Source: a bacterium (GTDB taxonomy: Bacteria; Electryoneota; Electryoneia; Electryoneales; Electryoneaceae). Taken from it: a stretch of DNA of 64,000 bases. Made by a program: the position numbers and the translations under genes. The stretch spans positions 4,160,001 through 4,224,000 of the forward strand of contig OY769902.1 in NCBI GenBank assembly GCA_963669175.1, given 5' to 3'. Numbering within the stretch: the first letter of the stretch is position 1; every line of letters starts with the position of its first letter. Positions 1-9,180 of this stretch are shown here, piece by piece. Under the pieces are notes generated by a model that was not told where the DNA came from, made no database searches, and worked only from the letters and a program-made list of their open reading frames with translations.

Positions 1-478
1 TTGAACGATTTTTACCGGAAAACACCGGATCAGGAGTTGAAACCATGGTTCCTTTGCCTTGGCAACGTGAAAAGACTGCGACCATAATGCTTGGACGGAA
101 ATAATGTAGTTCATTATCCAGTATGGAATAAACATCATTTCACTAAAATTACATAAAGGATTGCTGAAGTTAAGCCTCTCCTAACCTCAGACTAAGAGCT
201 GTTAGACCGGGAATTCACATGAAGAAAGCAGAAACAGAACCTGCATTTGTTTGGCTCGCTTATTTTTTTGTCATGGAGAACCCACTTTGTTATATTCTTC
301 ACTTGAGATTCCCTAACCGGTCGGTCGCCGATTCTGGTATTCGGGGGGGCGGGCCGCCGGAATGGTGGATACCAAGGCGCAGCCGGCCCGGACCGCATCT
401 TCGGACAGACTCACACTCGCCGTGCTGCTTTCCTTTGTTCTTCCTGTCAGTTGCCGCTATACCAACGAGGACCAGAGC

Positions 479-886
479 ATGCCTTACACCCTTTCTGATC
501 GCACCATCGACATGGATTTTATTGAGAAGGTCGAGTTTATCAGCGGCCAACCGCTCAAAAAATGCATGCAGTGCGGCACCTGTGCCGCAGTATGTCCCAT
601 GAATGAAACTACTCAGCTCACCCCCCGTCATGTGATTCATTTCACGCAGCTTGGACAGAAAGACGTTGTGCTGGCTAGTAACACTCACTGGGTTTGTGCT
701 TCCTGTCATACGTGCGAAGTTCGCTGCCCACGTGGGCTGGACATCCCCAAAATCATGGAAGCGCTCCGCCAGATTGTACTGCGGAGTAACAAGAACTTCG
801 TAGAACCAAACAAGATGACCAAGGAGCAGCTTGCGGAAGCTCCCCAGCTTGCCATGGTAAGCTCATTCCGGAAACATACGGCCTAA
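479..886 (+). CDS. hdrC: Heterodisulfide reductase subunit C-like 4Fe-4S protein
   Basis: CMQCGTCAAVCP and CASCHTCEVRCP ferredoxin motifs; GAGGA RBS before ATG 479 (ORF track starts at 362); adjacent to an HdrB-like gene. Confidence 0.85.
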   Translation: MPYTLSDRTIDMDFIEKVEFISGQPLKKCMQCGTCAAVCPMNETTQLTPRHVIHFTQLGQKDVVLASNTHWVCASCHTCEVRCPRGLDIPKIMEALRQIVLRSNKNFVEPNKMTKEQLAEAPQLAMVSSFRKHTA

Positions 887-905
887 CAGACATACAGGGA
901 TCATC

Positions 906-1784
906 ATGCAAATCGGCTACTACCCCGGTTGTACGCTGAAATCGAAGGCAAAAAACCTTGAAATCGCCGCCATTAAAGCGATGGAAACCCTTGGCGTTGA
1001 ACTTGTGGAACTGGATCGCTGGAACTGCTGCGGTGCGGTGTATTCCCTGGCCGATGACGACCTGGTACACCTGCTCGCTCCGGTACGCGATCTGATCCGC
1101 GCTCGTGACCAGGGCCATACCAAGGTGCTTGCCCTCTGTTCCATGTGTTACAACACGTTGGCAAGAGCGAACCAGGTAATGCGTGACGATGAGGAAAAGC
1201 GTGACGCACTCAACCGGTTCATGGAAGAGGAAAGCGACTATGCCGGTGAAGTGGAAGTTGTGCACATGCTCAATTTCCTTCGTGACGAAATCGGCTGGGA
1301 TAAGGTCAAAGAAGCGGTCAAGAAACCGCTGAATATGAAAGTGGCCCCGTATTACGGCTGCACCTTGACACGTCCGAAAAGTGTCAGCATCGATCCGGCG
1401 ATTGATCCGCCCGTGTTCAAGGATCTGATCACAGCGCTTGGCGGCGAGGTGGTGGAATACGGCGACAGCGAAGTCTGCTGCGGTTCCTACCAGATTATCG
1501 CCGACGCCCAGTCTGCCGGAAAAACGACGGCTGTCATCCTGAATTCGGCTGAGAAGAAAGGCGCGGAAGCGTTGGCCCTGAGCTGCCCGCTGTGCGAGTA
1601 CAATCTCGGACGCAAGCAGAATTTGGCAATTGAAGCCAATCCGGCCCTGAAACCACTTCCGACCTATTATTTCACCCAGCTCATGGCGGTTGCTTTTGGT
1701 CTGCCGGATGATATCAACCATTTCGAGCTGAACATGCCCGGCACCGTCGAGCTATTGAAAGAGAAGGGCTTGCTGGCATCCTGA
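906..1784 (+). CDS. hdrB: Heterodisulfide reductase subunit B-like protein (two CCG domains)
   Basis: YYPGC...NCCG...CSMC and YYGC...VCCG...CPLC motifs. Confidence 0.9.
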   Translation: MQIGYYPGCTLKSKAKNLEIAAIKAMETLGVELVELDRWNCCGAVYSLADDDLVHLLAPVRDLIRARDQGHTKVLALCSMCYNTLARANQVMRDDEEKRDALNRFMEEESDYAGEVEVVHMLNFLRDEIGWDKVKEAVKKPLNMKVAPYYGCTLTRPKSVSIDPAIDPPVFKDLITALGGEVVEYGDSEVCCGSYQIIADAQSAGKTTAVILNSAEKKGAEALALSCPLCEYNLGRKQNLAIEANPALKPLPTYYFTQLMAVAFGLPDDINHFELNMPGTVELLKEKGLLAS

Positions 1785-1840
1785 ATCGCCGGCGCTTTGA
1801 ACGACAACAACAATCTTCAGCATAACGGACGAGGTTCTCG

Positions 1841-2650
1841 ATGAGCGAAACCGCAGTCGTGGAAGAAAAAGAGGTAAAGGTAGAATCGAACCTGATCCCC
1901 ATCTTCATCATGGGGAAAAAGTACATGGTCCCGGACAGCCTGACCATCATGAAGGCTATGGAATACGCCGGGTACAAGTTTATCCGTGGCGCCGGTTGCC
2001 GTGGCGGCATCTGTGGCGCCTGCGCAACCGTGTACCGTAAACCGGGTGACTACCATATCCGTGTCGGCCTGGCCTGCCAGACCGTCGTTGAACCGGACAT
2101 GTACCTGACCCAGCTCCCCTTCTACCCCGCCAACCGTGCGACCTACGATTGGAATGAACTCAAGGGTGAAGCGGAAGAAGTGTACCAGGCCTATCCTGAA
2201 TTGTTCCGCTGCCTGGCTTGCAACGCCTGCACCAAGGTCTGCCCGATGGACGTCCCGGTAATGGACTACATCGCAGCCGTAAAACGTGGTGACCTGGAAA
2301 AAGCGGCCGAATTGTCATTCGACTGCATCCAGTGTGGTCTGTGCGCCACCCGTTGCATGGGTGAAATGGCCCAGTACCATATCGCCCAGATGGTCCGCCG
2401 TATCCGTGGGAAGTTCCTTACCCCGCACACGGACCACATCGGCAAGCAGGTGGACGCTATTGCGGATGGTTTCTATGAGAAGTTCATGGATGAAGTGAAA
2501 GCCCTGGGCACACTTGATCCATTCGACCAAAGCAATGTTTCCGAGGGTGTGGCGAAGCTGAAAGAGCTGTACAAGGCTCGTGAAGGCGAACCGCATACAA
2601 CCGATGAAACCTGGCGTCCCCAGAGCGATTACGCACTGTTGGGCGAGTAA
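1841..2650 (+). CDS. SdhB/FrdB-like iron-sulfur protein (2Fe-2S plus 2x4Fe-4S)
   Basis: GCRGGICGAC...LAC, CLACNACTKVCP and CIQCGLCATRC motifs. Confidence 0.85.
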   Translation: MSETAVVEEKEVKVESNLIPIFIMGKKYMVPDSLTIMKAMEYAGYKFIRGAGCRGGICGACATVYRKPGDYHIRVGLACQTVVEPDMYLTQLPFYPANRATYDWNELKGEAEEVYQAYPELFRCLACNACTKVCPMDVPVMDYIAAVKRGDLEKAAELSFDCIQCGLCATRCMGEMAQYHIAQMVRRIRGKFLTPHTDHIGKQVDAIADGFYEKFMDEVKALGTLDPFDQSNVSEGVAKLKELYKAREGEPHTTDETWRPQSDYALLGE

Positions 2651-2691
2651 TTGGCCGGACAAACGCACGACACAACAGACAGGGGGCAAAC

Positions 2692-4365
2692 GTGGGTTAC
2701 CCTGAAGGTCTAAAAGAATTGATGAAGAAGGTCGAAGCAACTCGGCCTGAGCGTGTAGAACAGAAGAAAACCGGGTATGAATTCCCGGCCCTGAGCCTCG
2801 AAGACCGTTCAAAGGTTCTCCATACATACCATCCGGACGTAAAAGAAGAAGGCCGCCGCGAAATCCAGATCGGCCCGAACAAGGGCTACCGGATCTGCCA
2901 TGAGATGGTGGATCTGCTGGAAGCGAAAAGCCGTGTCGAACCGGATAAGGTCGACCTGGGCAAAGCGGATTACGAGACGGACGTGCTCGTGATCGGTGGT
3001 GGCGGTGCAGGAACTGCCGCAGCTCTGATGGCGCAGGAACAGGGCGCCAAGGTCATCATCGCTACCAAGCTGCGTCACGGTGACGCCAACACCATGATGG
3101 CGGAAGGTGGCATCCAGGCCGCGACCAAGGGCTACAAAGACTCGCCCTACTACCATTATCTCGACATTATTGGCGGCGGTCACTTCACCAACAAGCCGGA
3201 ACTGGTGGCCACCCTGGCCAACGAAGCGCCGGGCGTGATCAACTGGCTGCTGGGCCTGGGCTGTAACTTCTCCAAGTGGGAAGATGGCACCTTGAAGACC
3301 ATGCATGGCGGCGGCACCTGCCGTAAACGCATGCACTTCGCCGCAGACATCACCGGCGCCGAAATGATGCGTACCGTGCGTGATGAAGCCCGTAACCGCG
3401 CCAATGACATCACCGTCATCGAGTTCTCCCCCGCCGTTGAGCTGTTGCTGAACGACAAGGGCCAGTGCGCCGGTGCAGTCCTGTACAACATGGAAACCGC
3501 TGAATACATCATCGTGAAGGCCAAATCGGTTGTCATGGCAACTGGTGGCAGCGGACGTTTGCATGTGCAGAACTTCATGACCACGAACCACTACGGCGCA
3601 ACCGGTGACGGTATCGTCATGGGCTACCGTGCCGGTGTCCCGGTCTGCTTCCTGCACACGATCCAATACCATCCGACCGGCGTGATCTTCCCGGAACAGG
3701 CGGAAGGTATCCTGATCACGGAGAAATTCCGTGGCGCAGGCGCCAACCTGGTCAATGTTGACGGTAACCAGTTCGTGTTCGAACGTGAACCGCGCGATAT
3801 CGAAGCCTCCTGCATCATCCGTGAATGCACGGATCGTGGCATGGGCGTCCCCACCCCGACCGGCAAGTTCGGGATCTGGCTGGACAGCCCGATGCTGGAT
3901 GTGATGTACGGCGAAGGTTACGTCAAGAAGGAATTCCCGGGCAAACACATCCTGTTCAGCCGTTTCGGTATCGATATCGGCAAAGAACCGATGCTGATCT
4001 ACCCGACGCTGCACTACCAGAATGGCGGCCTGGAATTCACCAGCGATGGCGCGACCCCGTTGAAGGGCCTGTACCTGGGCGGCGAAGTTGGTGGCGGCAC
4101 CCACGGCGAAAACCGCTTGATGGGCAACAGCCTGCTGGATATCATGGTGTACGGCCGTATCGCCGGAACCAACGCCGCGAAGTTCGCGCTGAACGATTCA
4201 CAGGATGGCGAGCTTACACTGGATCACGTCCGCAAGTACCACAAGGAACTCGAGGACGCCGGGATCGAAGACGCACGGATCGCCCCGATGCTGCTGCCGG
4301 ACTATACCGATGAACAGGTCAAGTCCAAGCAGCTCACTGCCAAGTATGAAGGCACCATGCGGTAA
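2692..4365 (+). CDS. Succinate dehydrogenase/fumarate reductase-family flavoprotein (TfrA/SdhA-like)
   Basis: GGGGAG FAD-binding motif, MAEGG, QYHPT, HYQNGG, HGENRLMGNSL; GTG start. Confidence 0.9.
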   Translation: MGYPEGLKELMKKVEATRPERVEQKKTGYEFPALSLEDRSKVLHTYHPDVKEEGRREIQIGPNKGYRICHEMVDLLEAKSRVEPDKVDLGKADYETDVLVIGGGGAGTAAALMAQEQGAKVIIATKLRHGDANTMMAEGGIQAATKGYKDSPYYHYLDIIGGGHFTNKPELVATLANEAPGVINWLLGLGCNFSKWEDGTLKTMHGGGTCRKRMHFAADITGAEMMRTVRDEARNRANDITVIEFSPAVELLLNDKGQCAGAVLYNMETAEYIIVKAKSVVMATGGSGRLHVQNFMTTNHYGATGDGIVMGYRAGVPVCFLHTIQYHPTGVIFPEQAEGILITEKFRGAGANLVNVDGNQFVFEREPRDIEASCIIRECTDRGMGVPTPTGKFGIWLDSPMLDVMYGEGYVKKEFPGKHILFSRFGIDIGKEPMLIYPTLHYQNGGLEFTSDGATPLKGLYLGGEVGGGTHGENRLMGNSLLDIMVYGRIAGTNAAKFALNDSQDGELTLDHVRKYHKELEDAGIEDARIAPMLLPDYTDEQVKSKQLTAKYEGTMR

Positions 4366-4404
4366 AGATTGATTCATGTGGGTCATTCCACAATTGCATT
4401 TCCC

Positions 4405-4435
4405 AACGGGATGGAGTTTTCCATCCCGTTTTTTT
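4405..4435 (+). terminator. Rho-independent terminator of the hdr/sdh operon
   Basis: AACGGGATGGA-gttt-TCCATCCCGTT hairpin followed by a T run. Confidence 0.85.
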
Positions 4436-4527
4436 GCATAGCACAATAATGTGACTTGAAACAATATCGAAGAAGTGATTACCTGTGAAGCACAGAGATT
4501 CGCTTCGTAGAATGGATAAGCGGGCGT

Positions 4528-4768
4528 AAAATAGGACTGTTACCTTTTTACGCTTTCGAATGCAGGACAGCTAAAGAAGTATTGATGAAAAGGTAACTGT
4601 ACCAAATTTTTCGCCTGCTCTGTAAGACAGTTTCGGTAGGGAAAATGCAGGGACAGCCACCATTTCGCACTATGTTATCCCACTAATCAATGATCTTAAG
4701 CAGAAATCACACATAATTAACAAGACTTGGCATATTCGCCAGCGAAAAGCGTGGCAGTCCCCATTTTC
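4528..4768. repeat. Intergenic repeat family A (GGGACAGCCACC / AAGGTAACTGTACC motifs), inverted relative to the copy at 12253-12820
   Basis: Reverse complement matches blocks at 12253-12285 and 12677-12820 (e.g. gcaggcgaaaaat.tggtacagttaccttttc). Confidence 0.75.
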
Positions 4769-4789
4769 CATCACGATGTACCGATTTCT

Positions 4790-6196
4790 TTAAAACCTGA
4801 TCCCCGCTCGAACAATCGGTAGTTGCGCACGTACGTCCGGCGAGAGGTCCGGCGATGAACTCAGCATATAATTCTCCGGGGAGATGGAAAACTCAATATC
4901 CGGCAGGCCATCATCGGAAGCCAGGTCATCCTCATAGGCGTCATTTTTCAGGGTGGCGTAGGTAATCCCCAGCCCAATAACAGCTCCAGCGCTCATCAGC
5001 ATTGTCCCTTCCCTGTCACCAAACGCGCTGACAGCGCCACCCAGCAGCGCACCGGCCCCAGTCCCGAGATCCATCATCAGGTTCTGTTTTTCGGTAAAAT
5101 CATACCCGCGTACCATCAGATCACCGATGAAGATACCCGCGCCCATCCCGATCATGGCGGCGGCCACCACTGGTTTCCCTTCGTCAACATCATTCTCCAG
5201 CATAGCCGCGACAGGGATGACGCCGCCAAGGAATCTCGTCGTCCTCATCACGCCCACATCACCAATCGAATACGAATCCCTGTATTTCATATGATGGCCC
5301 AGGTAAAAGCCCCCGATCGCCCCTCCCAGCCCGGCAATGGCGCCAACCCTGACGGCCTCATCATTCTCCACATCGTCGAACAGACCCATCGTGTAGGCCA
5401 ATCCAACGCCATACATGAGCCCGGTATCACTCATCATACCTGAAACTTCCGCTTCCCCGATGGAGATCCGCCTATTCTTTGCATAATGGTATAGCACAAC
5501 GGTTTCGATAATACTGGTTACTGTAGCTACAGAGAAATGGAACCGCATATCGTGATCATCACCCTCCCCGGCTGCCAGCAGGCCCAGGCCGAAACCGTGC
5601 GCCAACCCCGATTTCGCACCGAAACAACTCAACGCCGCCTCTGCCTCGGTGAATTCAATGTTCCTGGTCAGGAAAAGAGGCAGAAAGAAGGACGTACTGC
5701 TGGTTAACAACGACATCCCGGCAAACTGACCAGCATCCTCGATGCCAAGCATGAGAGGTACTGTCCAGCTATACACGCCGAGGGAAACGTACAGGCTGTT
5801 CCGCAGGAAACGTGCGCGTCCCTCCTGATCCAAACCGGCATTCGCCCCTCGCAAAGCAACACTGGTCTGCAGGACAGTCTCCACCTGCCCGCGTAACTCC
5901 TCCACTGCTTCCATGCTCAACGGCAGGTTCTTCCGCAGCAGGTCTGTTTCCGGCTTGAACATGATCTCAAGGAAATACCCGGAATCCTCAGAATGGTACA
6001 ACATGGCCTTCTGAAAACCGGGATAGTCGTCGAACAGGGCAATCCGCTTGGCGATGGCGGGGGTCAGAACAGTTGTATTTCCGGATTTATCCAGGGGGAC
6101 CAGGGTTTCCTGGGCCAGCACAGTGGAAGGCGCTAAGACTTGCGTACCGAGAAGCAGAATTAAAGCAAGGAGTAACGTAATTCGGATCACGGTCAC
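4790..6196 (-). CDS. Hypothetical exported/membrane protein with Gly-rich hydrophobic segments
   Basis: 468 aa ORF, N-terminal signal peptide, many GxxxG helices, C-terminal Phe. Confidence 0.75.
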   Translation of the reverse strand: MTVIRITLLLALILLLGTQVLAPSTVLAQETLVPLDKSGNTTVLTPAIAKRIALFDDYPGFQKAMLYHSEDSGYFLEIMFKPETDLLRKNLPLSMEAVEELRGQVETVLQTSVALRGANAGLDQEGRARFLRNSLYVSLGVYSWTVPLMLGIEDAGQFAGMSLLTSSTSFFLPLFLTRNIEFTEAEAALSCFGAKSGLAHGFGLGLLAAGEGDDHDMRFHFSVATVTSIIETVVLYHYAKNRRISIGEAEVSGMMSDTGLMYGVGLAYTMGLFDDVENDEAVRVGAIAGLGGAIGGFYLGHHMKYRDSYSIGDVGVMRTTRFLGGVIPVAAMLENDVDEGKPVVAAAMIGMGAGIFIGDLMVRGYDFTEKQNLMMDLGTGAGALLGGAVSAFGDREGTMLMSAGAVIGLGITYATLKNDAYEDDLASDDGLPDIEFSISPENYMLSSSPDLSPDVRAQLPIVRAGIRF

Positions 6197-6413
6197 CTCT
6201 GGCAGTGAAAGGTGTCAAGGAATAACCGGAAGCTTTCTTCCCATTAAACTAGCCAGAATTGTTAGCGGTTCCAAGGGATGGGGGAAGTTGGTGGTATACC
6301 TCTTATCGTTGTCAGACTGTCCATTTTTGCGTTAAAAGATAATCGCAGAAAATCGTAAATAATAGACCGCGCAGTAGAATTTGACATTCAATTCCTTCGG
6401 CTATTATTTTATT

Positions 6414-6621
6414 TTAGCAGGCTTTAGCCTGCTCTTCTTAGCACCCGGCTTTAGCCGGGGTGTCAAGGATAAAAAGAGAAATAATGAGCGCCCTTCAGGG
6501 TGCTTTCCAGCGAAAAGCTTGCTCACCTGAAAGCACGCTAAAGCGCGCTCCAACTTGTCTGGCATCCACTCCACCCCGGCTAAAGCCGGGTGCTAAAAAG
6601 AGCCTGCTGAAGAAGGCTGAA
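6414..6621. repeat. REP/REPIN-like palindromic element family B, copy 1
   Basis: Nested hairpins gcaggctttagcctgc, cccggctttagccggg ... cccggctaaagccggg, gcctgctgaag(c/a)aggc. Confidence 0.85.
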
Positions 6622-6986
6622 TTTGGGCGAAAGTTTCTATGCAAACGTGATACAGCTTCCACGCTCGTTGATTTTTGATACTTTCACTGAATTGCAAATT
6701 CAATCCAGTACTCAAGTGAGCATCGGGATACTGTTGCTTACTTGTACATAGTTACTGAGCTTTATCACAATCCAGACTCACTCATAGTTTCAACATGGAC
6801 CATACCTGCACCATTGTATCCCTGCAACATCAACATTGGCAGATTCATCACGTGTGAGTCGGGCCACCCGGCCCTTTATCGTTGTCAGACTGTCCATTTT
6901 TGCGTTAAAAGATAATCGCAGAAAATCGTAAATAATAGACCGCGCAGTAGAATTTGACATTCAATTCCTTCGGCTATTGTTTTATT

Positions 6987-7193
6987 TTAGCAGGCTTTAG
7001 CCTGCTCTTCTTAGCACCCGGCTTCAGCCGGGGTGTCAAGGATTAAAGAGAAATAATGAGCGCCCTTCAGGGTGCTTTCCAGCGAAAAGCTTGCTCACCT
7101 GAAAGCACGCTAAAGCGCGCTCCAACTTGTCTGGCATCCACTCCACCCCGGCTAAAGCCGGGTGCTAAAAAGAGCCTGCTGAAGCAGGCTGAA
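6987..7193. repeat. REP/REPIN-like palindromic element family B, copy 2
   Basis: Near-identical to 6414-6621. Confidence 0.85.
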
Positions 7194-7219
7194 TTTGGAA
7201 AAAATCACATCAACAACAG

Positions 7220-7464
7220 TCGGGTGGCTCGATGCGCACGTGATATAGCTTCCACTCTCGTAGAGTCTTAATACTTTCCCTGAATTGCAAATTCAATCCA
7301 GTACTCAAGAGAGCATCGGGATACTGTTGCCTACTTGTACATAGTTACTGAGCTTCATCACAATCCCGACTCACTTATAGTTTCAACATGAACCATACCT
7401 GAACCATAGTATCCATGCAACATCAATATTGGCAGATTCATCACGTGTGAGTCGGGCCACCCGG
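7220..7464. mobile_element. MITE-like element with imperfect 25-bp terminal inverted repeats
   Basis: tcgggtggctcgatgcgcacgtgat vs atcacgtgtgagtcgggccacccgg (20/25 complementary); left end decayed in the upstream duplicate. Confidence 0.5.
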
Positions 7465-7680
7465 CCCTTTATTAAGTATGATAAACCAAATTGGAATGTG
7501 TGTGTCTCGCAAGGAATTGTACGACTTATCCAAGGTCGACTATGAGGAGTCAACCTTCCTCACGGCGCTTACGCACCGCGCTAGACACATTCCGCCCCGC
7601 TGGGGCAGCTTTCTATTTAGCCAAAATAGATATGAGATTAGTAATACTAGTGGTCTAGTGGTGAAATCTAAAAAATTAAT

Positions 7681-8006
7681 GGCTGCTCACAAGAATCTGT
7701 GCATATTATCGACGAGCACGTTTCGTCAGGTCTTGACGTGATGCCTTGTTCTTCTCCGCAATTTCAGACACCTGTCCAACTTCACAGCTGCCATTTCGCA
7801 TGATAGATCGTCATCAGGCATCACATTGTGACCTGACGACAGCGAGAGTGCTGATACCGGTGGCAGGTCACAACGCGACTATAACAGGACGAGAGGTGGT
7901 TTCAGTATCATGTGCATTCAGAAATACATTGCGAAAGCCGAAAACGAAATGTCGCGTCAAGACCTGCCACAACTTTGCCCGGATGCACAAATTCTTGTGA
8001 GGAACC
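7681..8006. mobile_element. MITE (326 bp) with 24-bp TIRs and 8-bp target site duplication AAATTAAT
   Basis: GGCTGCTCACAAGAATCTGTGCAT / ATGCACAAATTCTTGTGAGGAACC (21/24); AAATTAAT at 7673-7680 and 8007-8014; subterminal IR caggtcttgacg/cgtcaagacctg. Confidence 0.85.
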
Positions 8007-8032
8007 AAATTAATAGTGACAAAAACTGATAC

Positions 8033-8566
8033 TTAATCTTCTAAAAACAAAGTGTCTTCAATGAATCTTTTGATTTCCTCCTCGGATTTATCTCCATATA
8101 TATACTTGTTACCAGCTATTTTCTTCATTTTTTTATTTAAGTATTCAAAATACTCATATAAAGTTTCATCGCCATCCCTCATTCTACTATCGTTAATTTT
8201 ATCTTTGAATAATAACCAAAAATATTCTATATAATAACCAAATTCATGATAAACATAATTTTTATCAACAACTTGATATTTTAATGACAAACCTAATGAT
8301 TCATAGAAATTCATTATTCTTGCTTCGTTCTTTGTCGTTGTTGTTGAATTAAATAGTTCTGAACTCTTACAACATTCTATTCTACTTTTTTCCATGGAAG
8401 AAGAATCCCATTCATTTCTATAATCTCTGATTGCATTTACTGTATTTGCTAATTTAGAAATCCATGTTTGTCTAATTATATAGATTAATGAGCCAATTAT
8501 CGCCAATGTCTGGAGTATTATCCAAAAATCGGCACTTTCTTTAAAAAGGTATATATTTGTTTCCAT
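8033..8566 (-). CDS. AT-rich hypothetical protein with N-terminal TM helix (DUF4760-like)
   Basis: 177 aa, GGAGG RBS, composition far more AT-rich than neighbours; family assignment tentative. Confidence 0.7.
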   Translation of the reverse strand: METNIYLFKESADFWIILQTLAIIGSLIYIIRQTWISKLANTVNAIRDYRNEWDSSSMEKSRIECCKSSELFNSTTTTKNEARIMNFYESLGLSLKYQVVDKNYVYHEFGYYIEYFWLLFKDKINDSRMRDGDETLYEYFEYLNKKMKKIAGNKYIYGDKSEEEIKRFIEDTLFLED

Positions 8567-8634
8567 GATTCACCTCCCATAACAATTTCTCCAAAATACA
8601 CTTGATTCTATCCTTGACAATTAGTAGTAACCTA

Positions 8635-9180
8635 TCACTCCACCTCAAACAGCACATGATTTTTTTCCACCGCGTCCCCTGCGGCGACATGGATCGCGGT
8701 GATGGTGCCGGTGATGGGCGATTTGATCTCGTTCTCCATTTTCATGGCTTCCATGATCATCACCCCATCGTCCTTCTCCACGGCATCCCCGACATTCAGG
8801 TTCGCCTGCACGATCAGGCCGGGCATGGGCGCTTTCACCTTGCCGACCTTTTTGCCACCGTCCGCGCCCTGGATGAACTTGCGCATGAAGGCCTCGCGTG
8901 CGGTCTGGACTTCCAGGTCGAAATCGTAGCCACCGGCATGGGCACGGTAGGTGCCGGGCTCATCGCTCTCCTCGGCCATCAGCGTGACCGATTTCCCGTC
9001 CAGCAGCACCGAGTAACGGTCGGGCTTGGCGCCGGGACGGATATCCACATGATGCTCCACCCCGTCGATCATCACGGTGCAACAATCCTGCTGGAACGCG
9101 ATGACGTAGGTCTTACCGTTGACTTCCACATGGTACGCGTCATCCTGTGGCTGTGTGGGGGTATCGTTTTTCGTGGTCAT
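8635..9180 (-). CDS. Biotin carboxyl carrier protein
   Basis: APMPG and EAMKMENE biotinylation motif. Confidence 0.92.
   Translation of the reverse strand: MTTKNDTPTQPQDDAYHVEVNGKTYVIAFQQDCCTVMIDGVEHHVDIRPGAKPDRYSVLLDGKSVTLMAEESDEPGTYRAHAGGYDFDLEVQTAREAFMRKFIQGADGGKKVGKVKAPMPGLIVQANLNVGDAVEKDDGVMIMEAMKMENEIKSPITGTITAIHVAAGDAVEKNHVLFEVE

Larger units (their letters stand above)
6303..7472. repeat. Tandem direct duplication of a ~575-600 bp non-coding unit (6303-6879 and 6876-7472)
   Basis: Both copies start ttatcgttgtcagactgtcc and end cacgtgtgagtcgggccacccggcccttta. Confidence 0.95.

Noticed and set aside
3-104. 3' end of an upstream CDS (ERFLPEN...LGRK stop)
   Set aside because: It is too short and truncated by the window edge to support a call.
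6460-7271. ORFs 6460-6678 and 7056-7271 as duplicated small proteins
   Set aside because: They are translations of the REP palindrome; the same peptide (LKPGAK) appears at the 47 kb copy.
7990-8600. Integron cassette for the AT-rich gene
   Set aside because: No RYYYAAC/GTTRRRY attC structure was found at the gene end and there is no integrase in the window.
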